Shown: positions 17,973-27,982, counted from the first letter of the stretch. The stretch: 42,353 nucleotides of DNA from an uncultured Mycoplasmatota bacterium (GCA_947572405.1 CANPBV010000001.1:1-42353), one strand, 5' to 3'. The notes: generated by a model not told the origin, from the letters alone. Numbers and translations: made by a program.

Positions 17973-18857
17973 CTATTTTCCTAAAATACTTTTTACATAT
18001 TTTTTAGCGTCTTCATACTTACTACTAAGTCCAGGCTTTACCTCTTCGTAAATTTCTGTCACTTCATCTTTTCCTGCTTCTAAATAAGGTTTCGCACTAT
18101 CCCAAGCGCTTTCTAATGCAGGAATGATTGCTTCTACATGTGGCCGTAGTGTATCTTCTACTTTACCACTAAATGTTTCTACTTTCTGAAATAAAGTTGT
18201 ATTCTCTACATAGTTAGAAAGCGTTGTCAATCCGTTTATGATGGCCTCTTTATCAATATCAGGAAGATGACCTTTTATGTTTTCAATGGTTCCCTCAAAG
18301 TCAAAATTTTCTATAGTATCTACACCACTTCTAAGTCCTTCAATACAAGAACTTGTTACATAGTTGGCCCTGTAATATTTGGAAATAACTTCTTCTACTT
18401 TATCGCCTTCTACTACATAAGTAACATTTGGATAATAAAGCGCGATTTTTTTTTCGGCTTCTTCAGATTTTTTACTACCACAATAATAAATTTGAACCAT
18501 TGGTTTTTCTCTTAAAGAAGCTTCAAATATCTCTGTGCTATAAGTTTGATCTTGCTTTATTTTTTCTGCTGAAGTATCTTTTTTAGTGGTAACACTTTCT
18601 CCACTATAAACCACAACTTGATTATCCCCCTCTAAGGACTCGATATAGGTAACAATCTCCCCCTTTTCTGAATCTGTAGAAGGTGCTGTTACAACAGATT
18701 TAGAGATGGAGATTCCACCAATGGTTGCCTCCTCTTCTCTTACTGTAATAATGGGTTCTATTACTTGTTCTGGTACTTGTTCTTTAGATAGGGTACAACC
18801 CGATAATAATAATGTTGTAGTCAGTGCAAACATAACTATTCTTTTTTTATTTTTCAT
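17973..18857 (-). CDS. Lipoprotein, function unknown
   Basis: Signal peptide with lipobox LLLSGC. The C-terminal approx. 90 aa is predicted to be helical and acidic. Confidence 0.7.
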   Translation of the reverse strand: MKNKKRIVMFALTTTLLLSGCTLSKEQVPEQVIEPIITVREEEATIGGISISKSVVTAPSTDSEKGEIVTYIESLEGDNQVVVYSGESVTTKKDTSAEKIKQDQTYSTEIFEASLREKPMVQIYYCGSKKSEEAEKKIALYYPNVTYVVEGDKVEEVISKYYRANYVTSSCIEGLRSGVDTIENFDFEGTIENIKGHLPDIDKEAIINGLTTLSNYVENTTLFQKVETFSGKVEDTLRPHVEAIIPALESAWDSAKPYLEAGKDEVTEIYEEVKPGLSSKYEDAKKYVKSILGK

Positions 18858-18915
18858 AAAATCACTCCCATTTCTAATTGCTTATTATAATCCAAAAACC
18901 AGTATTTGTAAAATT

Positions 18916-21240
18916 TCAATGAAGCTTCTTTTCTCTACATTCAATTCTCCATTCAATAAAGTCCGTAAATAGACGGAAAGCGAATAATGAAACAATCATT
19001 AATCCTCCTAACAATATCACCATTCTAAAGTTTAACCAAACAAGGGAATAAAATGTTCGTAAAAAGATACATTGTAACAACATTAAAGTAATCATACTAA
19101 CAAACAAGGTTCTCTTTAAAAGGTTAAATGGCTTACATAATTGATATAGTAATCGGAAACCAACGAAACCATTCATAAATACACACATGGTAGATACTTG
19201 ATCATCTGTAAAGGCAAACAGCTTACTCGCTAGCATAATCACTAAAATATTAAATACAATAGTCAGTGCACTAGGAATCGATTTACTAAATACATTTTTT
19301 AGAAAATTTCCTTTTATTCGGCTTTTGTTAGGCTGTAAAGCAAGTACAAAGGAAGGAATTCCGATTGTTACGACACTGGTTAGGGTTAATTGAATTGGAA
19401 TAAATGGATATTGAAGTCCTAAAATAGCAAATACAACAGCTAAAACAGTGGCATATGTTGTTTTTGTTAAGAAAAGAGTTGCAGAACGCTCAATATTATT
19501 GACTGTTCTTCTACCTTCTGCAACGACAGCTGGCATTGCATCAAAATTAGAATTTAAAAGAACTAGTTCAGATACATTACGTGCAGCATCTGTTCCACTA
19601 GCAATGGCAATACTGCAATCAGCCTCTTTTAAAGCTAATACATCATTTACTCCGTCTCCTGTCATGGCGACAATATGTCCCCTACTTTTTAAAGCCATAA
19701 TGAGCTCTTTTTTTTGGATTGGAGAAACTCTTCCAAATACAGTATAATTTTCTGCAGCTTGATCAAGTTCTTCCTTTGTTTTGATTTGACTCATATCAAT
19801 CATTTTATCATAATGTTCAATTCCAGCTCTTTTGGCAATACTAGAAACAGTCACAACATGATCTCCTGAAATCACTTTGATCGATACGTCTTGCTCTTTA
19901 AAATATTTTAATGTTTCTTTTGCTTCTTTTCTAATTTTATCCCGAATTAATATAAAAGAGACTAAGTCATATTTTTTTGGAAGTTCTCCAGTCCAAGTAT
20001 CTGTGTGAATGAGTAATAATACCCGATTCTCTAAAATATATTTTCCAATCTCTTGTTCTATTTCTTCATATCTTTCTTGTAATAAATATTCTGGTGCTCC
20101 TAAAAGATAGGTTCCTTGCTTTTCAAATTCTACTCCAGAATATTTTTTTTCAGAAGAAAATGGGATCGTTGTTTTTACTTTCCAATCTGTCTTTGTATGA
20201 TACTTATTTTTTAAAGCAACAAAAGTGGGATTATGATCATCTAAGGCGTTTGTAATAGAAGATAAAATGTTACTTACTTCTTCTGCTTTTTTATTATCAT
20301 AAGGAATGGTTGCATACACTTCCATAATTCCTTCTGTAATCGTTCCTGTTTTGTCTAGGCAAAGTGTATCCACGCGTGCTAGAGTTTCAATGCAATATAA
20401 GTCTTGTACTAGTACTTTATGTTTTGAAAGCCTTACCGCACTTACCGCTAAAACAGTGCTCGTTAATAATACAAGACCTTCTGGGATCATTCCAAGAATG
20501 GCTGCTACTGTATTGACTACAGCATCATTGAATGCATTATTTTCAATTCCAAGCTGTCTTGTAAATAAGATTAGACCAATAGGGATAATTCCAATGGAAA
20601 CCATTTTTATAATTTTTTTTAAGGATTTCATAAGGATAGAATTTGCTTGTTTCATATAATGGGCTTCCGCCGATATTTTGGCGGTATAATTATCAATTCC
20701 CACATGGGTTACTTTTACATAAGCACTACCACTCACAATAAAACTTCCAGAAAGCAGTTCTTCTCCTTCTTTTTTTAAAATAGGGACTGATTCTCCTGTA
20801 ATAAAAGCTTCATTCACTTCCACAGCCCCTTTTACAATGATAGAATCAGTAACAACTTGATTTCCAAGGGATAAATATAAAATATCATCTAAAACAATTT
20901 CTGAGTTTTCCATTTCTTCTAATTTACTATCTCGTAATACTCTTGATTTGGTTGCTGATATGATAGATAGTTTATCAATTGTTCTTTTGGCATTAATCTC
21001 TTGAATGATACTGATGATGGTATTGCAAAATACGACTCCTAAAAACATGATGTTTTTATAAGATTTTACAAGAATTAGGGAAAGTGCTAATGCGAAGTTT
21101 AAAAAGTTAAATAATGTAAAAATATTTGATTTTATAATTTGTTTCATACTTTTTGTAGGAACTGTTGTATCGTAATTAACGAGATTTTTCTCTTTTCTAA
21201 TCTCTACTTCTTTTCTAGTTAGACCTGTTAATTTATCCAT
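18916..21240 (-). CDS. Cation-translocating P-type ATPase (P2-like, PEGL type)
   Basis: DKTGTITEG phosphorylation site, TGES-type actuator (ITGESVP), MIPEGL in TM4, and TGDGVNDVLALKEADCSIA. No CPx heavy-metal motif and no N-terminal metal-binding domain. Confidence 0.9.
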   Translation of the reverse strand: MDKLTGLTRKEVEIRKEKNLVNYDTTVPTKSMKQIIKSNIFTLFNFLNFALALSLILVKSYKNIMFLGVVFCNTIISIIQEINAKRTIDKLSIISATKSRVLRDSKLEEMENSEIVLDDILYLSLGNQVVTDSIIVKGAVEVNEAFITGESVPILKKEGEELLSGSFIVSGSAYVKVTHVGIDNYTAKISAEAHYMKQANSILMKSLKKIIKMVSIGIIPIGLILFTRQLGIENNAFNDAVVNTVAAILGMIPEGLVLLTSTVLAVSAVRLSKHKVLVQDLYCIETLARVDTLCLDKTGTITEGIMEVYATIPYDNKKAEEVSNILSSITNALDDHNPTFVALKNKYHTKTDWKVKTTIPFSSEKKYSGVEFEKQGTYLLGAPEYLLQERYEEIEQEIGKYILENRVLLLIHTDTWTGELPKKYDLVSFILIRDKIRKEAKETLKYFKEQDVSIKVISGDHVVTVSSIAKRAGIEHYDKMIDMSQIKTKEELDQAAENYTVFGRVSPIQKKELIMALKSRGHIVAMTGDGVNDVLALKEADCSIAIASGTDAARNVSELVLLNSNFDAMPAVVAEGRRTVNNIERSATLFLTKTTYATVLAVVFAILGLQYPFIPIQLTLTSVVTIGIPSFVLALQPNKSRIKGNFLKNVFSKSIPSALTIVFNILVIMLASKLFAFTDDQVSTMCVFMNGFVGFRLLYQLCKPFNLLKRTLFVSMITLMLLQCIFLRTFYSLVWLNFRMVILLGGLMIVSLFAFRLFTDFIEWRIECREKKLH

Positions 21241-21530
21241 ACTATCCCTCCTTTTTTATTATAGCATTATTATACATTCCTGTACCAAAAAAAGTGTGAC
21301 AGTTTTGTAAGATGTCAAAAAAAAAGCCCAAATAATCGGTGCTCGCAACGATAAAAACCTGATCTCCCAGGTGGGCATCACAGAATTCATATCAGGATTC
21401 TTGTATCAATACAAGCATTCAACAACAATAAATTCATTAGATTCCCAATCGTTATAAATTAGTAGGTTTTTCTAATTAAGCTACCATATCATTTAGGCAA
21501 TTTCATTATATCATATTTTTTTATGCTTTG

Positions 21531-22058
21531 TCATCTCATTTTGAATGGAAGTGCGAATTTTTTTACTTTTGACTTATTTTTCACAAGTAAAATTGGAAAT
21601 CCATTATGCCTATTTCCAAAACAAGCTTTTGGAAAATATCTAATTTTCAAAAATTTTTCTAGAGATATTTGTTCCTTCAACTGTTCTATCAGCATCTCAT
21701 GATATTCCCTCGTTGTAAGAGATGGATTATTACTATGATTACAACCACATAAAGCAATGCAAAAATCTAAATTTTCTTTTAATGCCCTTTCAACTATCAT
21801 TTCTGTTGATTCACAAGGAAATAGTCCAACTAATAAACTATTTTTTTCTAATTTTACTTTATCATTAAAATATCCATTTATAAGTTTTGCTTTGGTTGGA
21901 TATCCTTTCCATACTTTGGAATCATAAACCGTAACGGTTCCGCCTCCTATTTTTAATTGATATTCTCTTAAACTATGCCCTAGTAGCGGAAAAATGCCAC
22001 TTCCTATTTCTACTACATCTCTTTTTAAATTAAATTCTCTTCTAATTAATTCATACAT
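21531..22058 (-). CDS. Hypothetical protein with a Rossmann-like GxG motif (possibly the 3' part of a split gene)
   Basis: 175 aa. VVEIGSGIFPLLG resembles SAM/NAD motif I. Cys cluster DFCIALCGCNHSN. No SD before its ATG, which lies inside the upstream ORF. Confidence 0.45.
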   Translation of the reverse strand: MYELIRREFNLKRDVVEIGSGIFPLLGHSLREYQLKIGGGTVTVYDSKVWKGYPTKAKLINGYFNDKVKLEKNSLLVGLFPCESTEMIVERALKENLDFCIALCGCNHSNNPSLTTREYHEMLIEQLKEQISLEKFLKIRYFPKACFGNRHNGFPILLVKNKSKVKKFALPFKMR

Positions 22059-22270
22059 TTTTTATAAACACTACAACTTGGTTTTATTAATCCTGCTGCT
22101 TCATATATTTGCGCTAAAAAGGCATTTGTTAAAGGAAGACCCAATTGATCCATTCCAATGTGCGCATTTAAATAACCAACATCATATCCAAGAGCGTCTT
22201 CATAGGTTTCTCCAAATTGAGTTAAAACTCTTGCTATTTTTTCTTTGCTTCTTGTTACATAAGTATACAT
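22046..22270 (-). CDS. Hypothetical 74-aa protein (possibly the 5' part of a split gene)
   Basis: Good SD (AAGGGAGG) before the ATG at 22270. Ends 13 nt after the ATG of the next ORF. An A6 run lies at the junction. Confidence 0.45.
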   Translation of the reverse strand: MYTYVTRSKEKIARVLTQFGETYEDALGYDVGYLNAHIGMDQLGLPLTNAFLAQIYEAAGLIKPSCSVYKKCMN

Positions 22271-22367
22271 AAAACCTCCCTTTTATATGGAATCTTATTG
22301 TATCACATTTTTTCCATTTGGAGGAATGGGATTTTTAACTTTTTTCATTAAAAATCCCCATAACTCT

Positions 22368-23456
22368 TTATACTAACTTTTGACTATTTCGAATTAATTC
22401 TAATATTCCTTCTTTTCCATTTTGTAATTTTTGAACTGACTTTCCATTTCCTAATGTATAAATTATTTCTGCCAAGAAAGGCATACAGTCTACTCTAGTT
22501 ATCCACTTTCTTTCCAAATAAACATCTGGAATATAAGTCAAATTAGTTGTGTAAACCCCATCAAACAATTTTTGTTCGTAAGCCTTGTCAAATGCTTCAA
22601 TCCCATTTGTAAATAAAGCAAACGAAGCAGATAAATAAATTCTCCTAGCTCCCATTTCTTTCATTTTTTTAGCTACATCTATCATTGATTCCCCTGAAGC
22701 AATCATATCATCTACAATTAAAACATCTTTGTCAGTTACATCTTTTCCCAAGTAACTGTGTTCTACCACAGGATTTTTTCCATTTTCCACAATGGAATAA
22801 TCTCTTCTTTTATAAGATACTCCTAAATCACAGCCTAAAAGTTCTGCATAATATCGTGCTCTTTCAACGGCTCCCATATCTGGACTTACAATAAAGATAT
22901 TTTTTAAATCAATATCCTCTTTTTCTAAAAAAGTTTTTAAAATTGTATGTGTTGGATAAAAATTATCAAAGGGAAGATTTGGAATTGCATTTTGAACCTG
23001 CGGATCATGGGCATCAAATGTCACAATTCCATTCACACCCAAAGCTTCTAATTCTTGTAAGGCCAAAGCACAATCTAATGATTCTCTTCCCTTTCTTTTA
23101 TGTTGCCTTGATTCATACAAAAGAGGCATCACAACATGAATACTAGAAGCATGTCCTTTAATTGCTGAAATCGCTCTTTTGATATCTTGAAAATGTTCAT
23201 CTGGAGACATAATATGCTCTTGACCATATAAATTATAAGTTATTCCATAATTTCCAACATCAGAAAGAATAAAAACTTCCTTATGTCGAACGGTTTGTCC
23301 TAATTCAGCTTTCCCTTCCCCATTCGCAAATCTTGGCTGTTTTAATGGTACAATTAAATCTTCAATTGCGCCATATTGTTCCTGTATTTTTAAAGCAATT
23401 TCCTTTCCTCTCTTTTCAAAATTTTTTAAAATTACTAACCGAATATTATTATTCAT
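22368..23456 (-). CDS. prs: Ribose-phosphate pyrophosphokinase family protein, long form
   Basis: Motifs: FDAHD, VSPDMGAVERAR, and the PRPP-binding loop VLIVDDMIASGES. Roughly 45 aa longer than the roughly 315-aa canonical Prs (an internal insertion plus a C-terminal tail). The start is ambiguous: ATG 23456, TTG 23462 or GTG 23471. Confidence 0.8.
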   Translation of the reverse strand: MNNNIRLVILKNFEKRGKEIALKIQEQYGAIEDLIVPLKQPRFANGEGKAELGQTVRHKEVFILSDVGNYGITYNLYGQEHIMSPDEHFQDIKRAISAIKGHASSIHVVMPLLYESRQHKRKGRESLDCALALQELEALGVNGIVTFDAHDPQVQNAIPNLPFDNFYPTHTILKTFLEKEDIDLKNIFIVSPDMGAVERARYYAELLGCDLGVSYKRRDYSIVENGKNPVVEHSYLGKDVTDKDVLIVDDMIASGESMIDVAKKMKEMGARRIYLSASFALFTNGIEAFDKAYEQKLFDGVYTTNLTYIPDVYLERKWITRVDCMPFLAEIIYTLGNGKSVQKLQNGKEGILELIRNSQKLV

Positions 23457-23516
23457 TTCCAAAACTAACACCCTCTCACTACTTTATTTTTAGTATAGCA
23501 TGAAAATATAACAAAT

Positions 23517-23555
23517 TCCAGAAAAAAAGTAGAAATTTTATTTTTTCTACTTTTC
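23517..23555 (-). terminator. Rho-independent terminator overlapping the aspS stop
   Basis: aaaagtagaaa and tttctactttt flank a 7-8 nt loop. A T-run follows on the minus strand. Confidence 0.55.
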
Positions 23556-25292
23556 TAACTTGATGCCTAATTCCTTTAACTGTTTTTCATCGACTATATT
23601 TGGGGCTTCACTCATCAAGTCTGAAGCACTTGCTGTTTTAGGAAATGCAATAACATCTCTAATATTTTCGGTTTTAGAAAGTAACATTGTTAGACGGTCT
23701 AAACCAAATGCAAGTCCTCCATGCGGAGGCGTTCCATATTGAAATGCATCAATGAAGAAACCAAATTTTTCCTTGGCAGATTCTGGAGTAAATCCTAGTG
23801 CTTCAAACATTTTTCTTTGAATTTCAGAATTATGAATACGAATACTTCCCCCTCCTGCTTCATACCCGTTAATGACAATATCATAAGCTTTTGCTTTACA
23901 CTCTCCAGGGTTTGTCATTAATCGATCTACATCGCTATCATGGGGTGCTGTAAAAGGGTGATGGCAAGCCATATATCTATTTTCTTCTTCACTATATTCA
24001 AAAACTGGAAAATTCACAACCCAAAGAAGTTTATACTGATCAGGATCAATGAGACCTAATTCCTTTCCAAGCTTTACACGTAGGGCTCCTAAACTATTTT
24101 TTACAATATTTTTCTTATCTGCAACGATCAATACCAAATCATTATTTTCTAATTCTAGCTTTTGTTTTATATCAACCAATTCTTCTGTTGAAAGAACTTT
24201 GATGATACTACCAGAAAGTTCATTATCAATAAATTTCAAATAAGCAAGTCCTGTTGCCCCGTATGTTTTCACGAACTCTGTTAAAATATCCAAATTTTTT
24301 CTAGAGTATTTATCAGCTACATTTTTAGCAACAACTGCATTGATAATTCCTCCTTCTTCAATTACAGATTTAAAAACACCAAATTCTGTCTTCTGAAATA
24401 TAGAAGTAATATTTTCTAATTTCATATCAAATCGTAAATCTGGTTTATCACTTCCATACTTGTCAATTGCTTCATCATATTCCATTTTTAAAAGTGGTAA
24501 TTCAATTTCAATTCCTTTTACTTTCTGAAACATATAAGCAATAAGGCGTTCGGCTAAATCCATGACATCATTTTGATCTACAAAACTCATTTCCAAATCG
24601 ATTTGCGTAAATTCAGGTTGCCTATCTGCCCTTAAATCTTCATCCCTAAAACATTTTGCAATTTGAAAGTATCGTTCTATTCCACCAACCATTAACAATT
24701 GTTTAAATAATTGTGGTGATTGCGGAAGAGCATAAAATTTTCCGTTATTCACTCTAGAAGGCACCAAATAGTCTCTTGCACCTTCTGGAGTCGATTTACA
24801 AAGAACTGGTGTTTCTACTTCTACAAAATCTTCTTTATCTAAAAATTCTCTGGTTGCTGCCATAATTTTATGACGCATGATCAGTTTTTCTTTTATCGCA
24901 TTTCTTCTTAAATCCAGATATCGATATTTCAATCTTGTATCTTCTAAAGCGGTTGTGGTATCACTAATCTCAAATGGTAAGTCACTAGCAACATTTAAAA
25001 TTTCAATTTCAGTAACTTCTAATTCAATATCACCAGTATCCATATTCGGATTTTTACTCTCACGTTCTGTTATTGTACCAGTAAGTGCTACAACATATTC
25101 GCTTTTTAAGGTCTCTGCTATTTTATAGCAGTCCTGCTCTGGCCTTACCAATGCCTGGATGACACCACTACGATCTCTTAAATCCAGGAATAATAATCCG
25201 CCTAAATTTCTTTTCTTGTTAATCCAACCATGTAAAGTGACTGTTTTTCCTACATCTTTCAATCTAAATTCATTGTTCTTATATTGTTTCAT
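23547..25292 (-). CDS. aspS: Aspartate--tRNA ligase
   Basis: OB-fold N-terminus (VTLHGWINKKRNLGGLLFLDLRDRSG) and class II motifs (FRDEDLRADRQPEFTQID, GLDRL). The start is uncertain: ATGs at 25292, 25301, 25304 and 25322. Confidence 0.93.
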   Translation of the reverse strand: MKQYKNNEFRLKDVGKTVTLHGWINKKRNLGGLLFLDLRDRSGVIQALVRPEQDCYKIAETLKSEYVVALTGTITERESKNPNMDTGDIELEVTEIEILNVASDLPFEISDTTTALEDTRLKYRYLDLRRNAIKEKLIMRHKIMAATREFLDKEDFVEVETPVLCKSTPEGARDYLVPSRVNNGKFYALPQSPQLFKQLLMVGGIERYFQIAKCFRDEDLRADRQPEFTQIDLEMSFVDQNDVMDLAERLIAYMFQKVKGIEIELPLLKMEYDEAIDKYGSDKPDLRFDMKLENITSIFQKTEFGVFKSVIEEGGIINAVVAKNVADKYSRKNLDILTEFVKTYGATGLAYLKFIDNELSGSIIKVLSTEELVDIKQKLELENNDLVLIVADKKNIVKNSLGALRVKLGKELGLIDPDQYKLLWVVNFPVFEYSEEENRYMACHHPFTAPHDSDVDRLMTNPGECKAKAYDIVINGYEAGGGSIRIHNSEIQRKMFEALGFTPESAKEKFGFFIDAFQYGTPPHGGLAFGLDRLTMLLSKTENIRDVIAFPKTASASDLMSEAPNIVDEKQLKELGIKLEK

Positions 25293-25486
25293 AATAAGCA
25301 TCATTCCCTTCACTTCATTCAAGATACATATAGAAATAAAAGCCTCGAATTAAATTTATTTTATAAAACACCTTTTTATTTAGCAATATTATTTTAACAT
25401 TTTTTTAGTTTACGAGCAAGCCCATTATGCTTTTCATATACAGATTGTAACAAACTATATATTTTTAATGAACCCTTTTAGTCAAT

Positions 25487-26566
25487 CTAATCTTTTAACA
25501 TAACGCTTTCATTAATCACCATTGTACTATAAAGAAATAAAACATCTTGGTCTTCAAATGTAATGACTTCATTTAATTTAGAAGCCCCCATATATCGTAA
25601 ATCAATCAGTGTAATTTTAGAATAACTCTCTATTAATAATGGTGTTAAACTACTAGCAAATGAGTCTCTAAAAATAACCAATTCTTTTCCTGATTTATTT
25701 TCTTTATTTTGAATTGTTATAAAAGGTGTGGAACCTGACAAAAAGACATTATAGGAATCCATTTTTCCAAGTTCTTTTAAATGATATACTCCATGAAAAG
25801 AAGAATCCGATTTATTTTCTACATAGGCATGTTCTATCGCTTTATTTGTCAAAAAGGTTAATTTTTCTCCCTTTCCTCCAATCGCTGCTTGTCCATAATA
25901 TACACCATAAAAAGGTTTATAATCTTGAAATTCATATTGATGATTTGAAGCATTTCCTATCATTTTTTCTTCTAATCTACGTGCCACTGGAATGATTTTT
26001 TCTTGTCTCCAATGGGTATCTGTATCATAATAATGCTCTAAAGAAAGTAAGTCACGTACTTCTATATAAGAAAGTTCTTTGGTATTCTCTTTTATCAGTT
26101 TATATAATTTATCATAATCCATTTTAAGATGTTCATCTTCTAAGTAATAGTTTTTATCTGGAATTACCATATAATAAACATTCATTCCCTGTAAATATTT
26201 ATCGTAAATCTGATTTACTTTCTTTGTAAAAAGCTCTACATTCGTCTCTTTTAATGGGTATTCTATTTTAAATATCTTATTATTTTTGATATAAATCCCA
26301 TTATTGTCTAGTTTTTGAAACATGGAATATTCTACATTGGCTTTCAAACCTCTAAAATTATTTCGAAATGGAAATTGGTCTAATGTATACGTTTCAAATT
26401 CTTTGATTGCACTTCCATCTAATACCTTAGAAATTGTTATCTCAGGAAACTGTTTTAGATGCCTTCGTTCTTCAAATGATAATTCTTCATCTTTCATTAT
26501 AAAATTGAAAAGAAAGAATCCATAAATGATACTTAAAAATAAAACAATTGTTACTTTTTCTTTCAT
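25487..26566 (-). CDS. DHHW-family protein (AlgJ/AlgX-like, partner of MBOAT)
   Basis: N-terminal TM, the YYDTDTHW motif, and a position immediately downstream of an MBOAT gene. Confidence 0.75.
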   Translation of the reverse strand: MKEKVTIVLFLSIIYGFFLFNFIMKDEELSFEERRHLKQFPEITISKVLDGSAIKEFETYTLDQFPFRNNFRGLKANVEYSMFQKLDNNGIYIKNNKIFKIEYPLKETNVELFTKKVNQIYDKYLQGMNVYYMVIPDKNYYLEDEHLKMDYDKLYKLIKENTKELSYIEVRDLLSLEHYYDTDTHWRQEKIIPVARRLEEKMIGNASNHQYEFQDYKPFYGVYYGQAAIGGKGEKLTFLTNKAIEHAYVENKSDSSFHGVYHLKELGKMDSYNVFLSGSTPFITIQNKENKSGKELVIFRDSFASSLTPLLIESYSKITLIDLRYMGASKLNEVITFEDQDVLFLYSTMVINESVMLKD

Positions 26567-26574
26567 ATTATCAC

Positions 26575-27966
26575 CTAAAATCTAAAATACAAAAATGGGT
26601 TAAAAGAACTATCAATTAAAAAGGCTGTCACAATGAGTAAAAGTGCAACATAATAAAATGGTTCTATTCCATTTAAAAATAGATTGAATCCTTTCTTTTG
26701 TTTTAACTTATGAAACATATTTGTAAATATTGGAGTAGAAGCAATAAGTGCAATTACCAAAACTACGATATAGCTTCTTATATAATAACTCGTTTCTACT
26801 GTTAAAAGTGGTAATCCTCCAAGTCCAAACATGTTTTTAAAAAATAATATTCCATCATTGATTGAACTTATATTAAAAATAACAAAACTAATGAGTACTA
26901 AAAGTACTGTATAAAAATGTCTAAATATTCTATGTTTTTCTAGAAATTTTCCATATATTTTCTTTTCTAAGACTAGAATGAGCGCAAAATAAATTCCCCA
27001 TATAATAAAGTTCCAAGCAGCGCCATGCCAAAATCCAGTTAAAAACCAAACAACAAGAATATTGCGAATCCATTTTAATTCAGAAACACGGTTCCCACCT
27101 AATGGTATATAAACATAATCACGAAGCCAACTGGATAAAGAAATATGCCAACGCCTCCAAAAATCTGTTATGGATTTGGCGATCAAAGGATAATTAAAAT
27201 TTTCTAAAAAATGAAATCCAAACATATTTCCTAACCCAATTGCCATATCACTGTATCCAGAAAAATCAAAATAAATTTGTAAGGTATAAGAAAGCGCAAT
27301 TACCCAAAAACCAATGATACTAGCTTCATTTGCTTCTAGTAGAATAACACTAAGTTCTCCTATGACATTGGCTAATAATACTTTTTTTGAAAGGCCAATT
27401 ATAAATCTTCTAATGCCTGTTTCAAAACCGGTCATGGTATGTTTTCTAGATTTTAATTCTTCTGCTACATCTTTATATCGAACAATTGGACCTGCTACTA
27501 GTTGCGGAAACAAACATACATAAGTCGCAAAATCTAAAAAATTCCTATTTGCTTTCACCGTTCCTCTATAAACATCCACCACATAACTTAATGTTTGAAA
27601 AGTAAAAAAACTAATTCCAATTGGCATTACTACTTTTAATAAACCAAATTCTGTTTGAAATATTGTATTCATATTATCAATAAAAAAGTCTGTATATTTA
27701 AAATAACCTAATAATCCTAAATTGATAGCTATTGTTACGACTAGAATAACTTTCTTATGATTGCTTTTTTCTACCACAATTCCTAATAGATAATTCATAA
27801 AACAAGAAAGCAACAAAATCCATATATGTAATTGTTCGCCATAAAAGTAAAAGAACAAACTAGAGATTAGTAATACTATATTTTTCCATCTATTTGGAAC
27901 TAAAAAATAACAAAATAATAAAAGTGGTAAAAAGTAATATAAAAATGAAATACTTGAAAATAACAT
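26575..27966 (-). CDS. MBOAT-family O-acyltransferase (AlgI/DltB-like)
   Basis: Polytopic. WRRWHISLSSWLRDYVYIPLGG, plus the conserved His in FWHGAAWNF. Confidence 0.9.
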   Translation of the reverse strand: MLFSSISFLYYFLPLLLFCYFLVPNRWKNIVLLISSLFFYFYGEQLHIWILLLSCFMNYLLGIVVEKSNHKKVILVVTIAINLGLLGYFKYTDFFIDNMNTIFQTEFGLLKVVMPIGISFFTFQTLSYVVDVYRGTVKANRNFLDFATYVCLFPQLVAGPIVRYKDVAEELKSRKHTMTGFETGIRRFIIGLSKKVLLANVIGELSVILLEANEASIIGFWVIALSYTLQIYFDFSGYSDMAIGLGNMFGFHFLENFNYPLIAKSITDFWRRWHISLSSWLRDYVYIPLGGNRVSELKWIRNILVVWFLTGFWHGAAWNFIIWGIYFALILVLEKKIYGKFLEKHRIFRHFYTVLLVLISFVIFNISSINDGILFFKNMFGLGGLPLLTVETSYYIRSYIVVLVIALIASTPIFTNMFHKLKQKKGFNLFLNGIEPFYYVALLLIVTAFLIDSSFNPFLYFRF

Positions 27967-27982
27967 AATATACCCCTTATCT

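Noticed and set aside
20306-20659. 117-aa plus-strand ORF inside the P-type ATPase gene, and similar antisense ORFs: 19448..19747, 29669..30037, 14352..14552, 14762..14959, 24877..25128, 9225..9640, 5438..5623, 27314..27523, 37031..37219 and 36899..37144
   Set aside because: All lie wholly within strongly supported genes (on the opposite strand, or in another frame of the same strand for 36899..37144). They lack SD sequences and translate to low-complexity Ser/Phe/Ile-rich strings typical of shadow ORFs in AT-rich DNA.
21355-21380. Plus-strand AACCTGATCT, which resembles the conserved ACCUGAUCUGGAUAAUGCCAGCG block of TPP riboswitches
   Set aside because: The rest of the TPP consensus (CUGAGA, GGGGUGC, GCCAGCG) is absent, and no plus-strand gene follows. 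Judged a chance match.
25323-25486. Possible T-box leader upstream of aspS
   Set aside because: Only about 160 nt are available. There is no AGAGA / specifier-loop / UGGNACC T-box sequence, and the region is explained by a promoter (TTGTTA-18-CATAAT).
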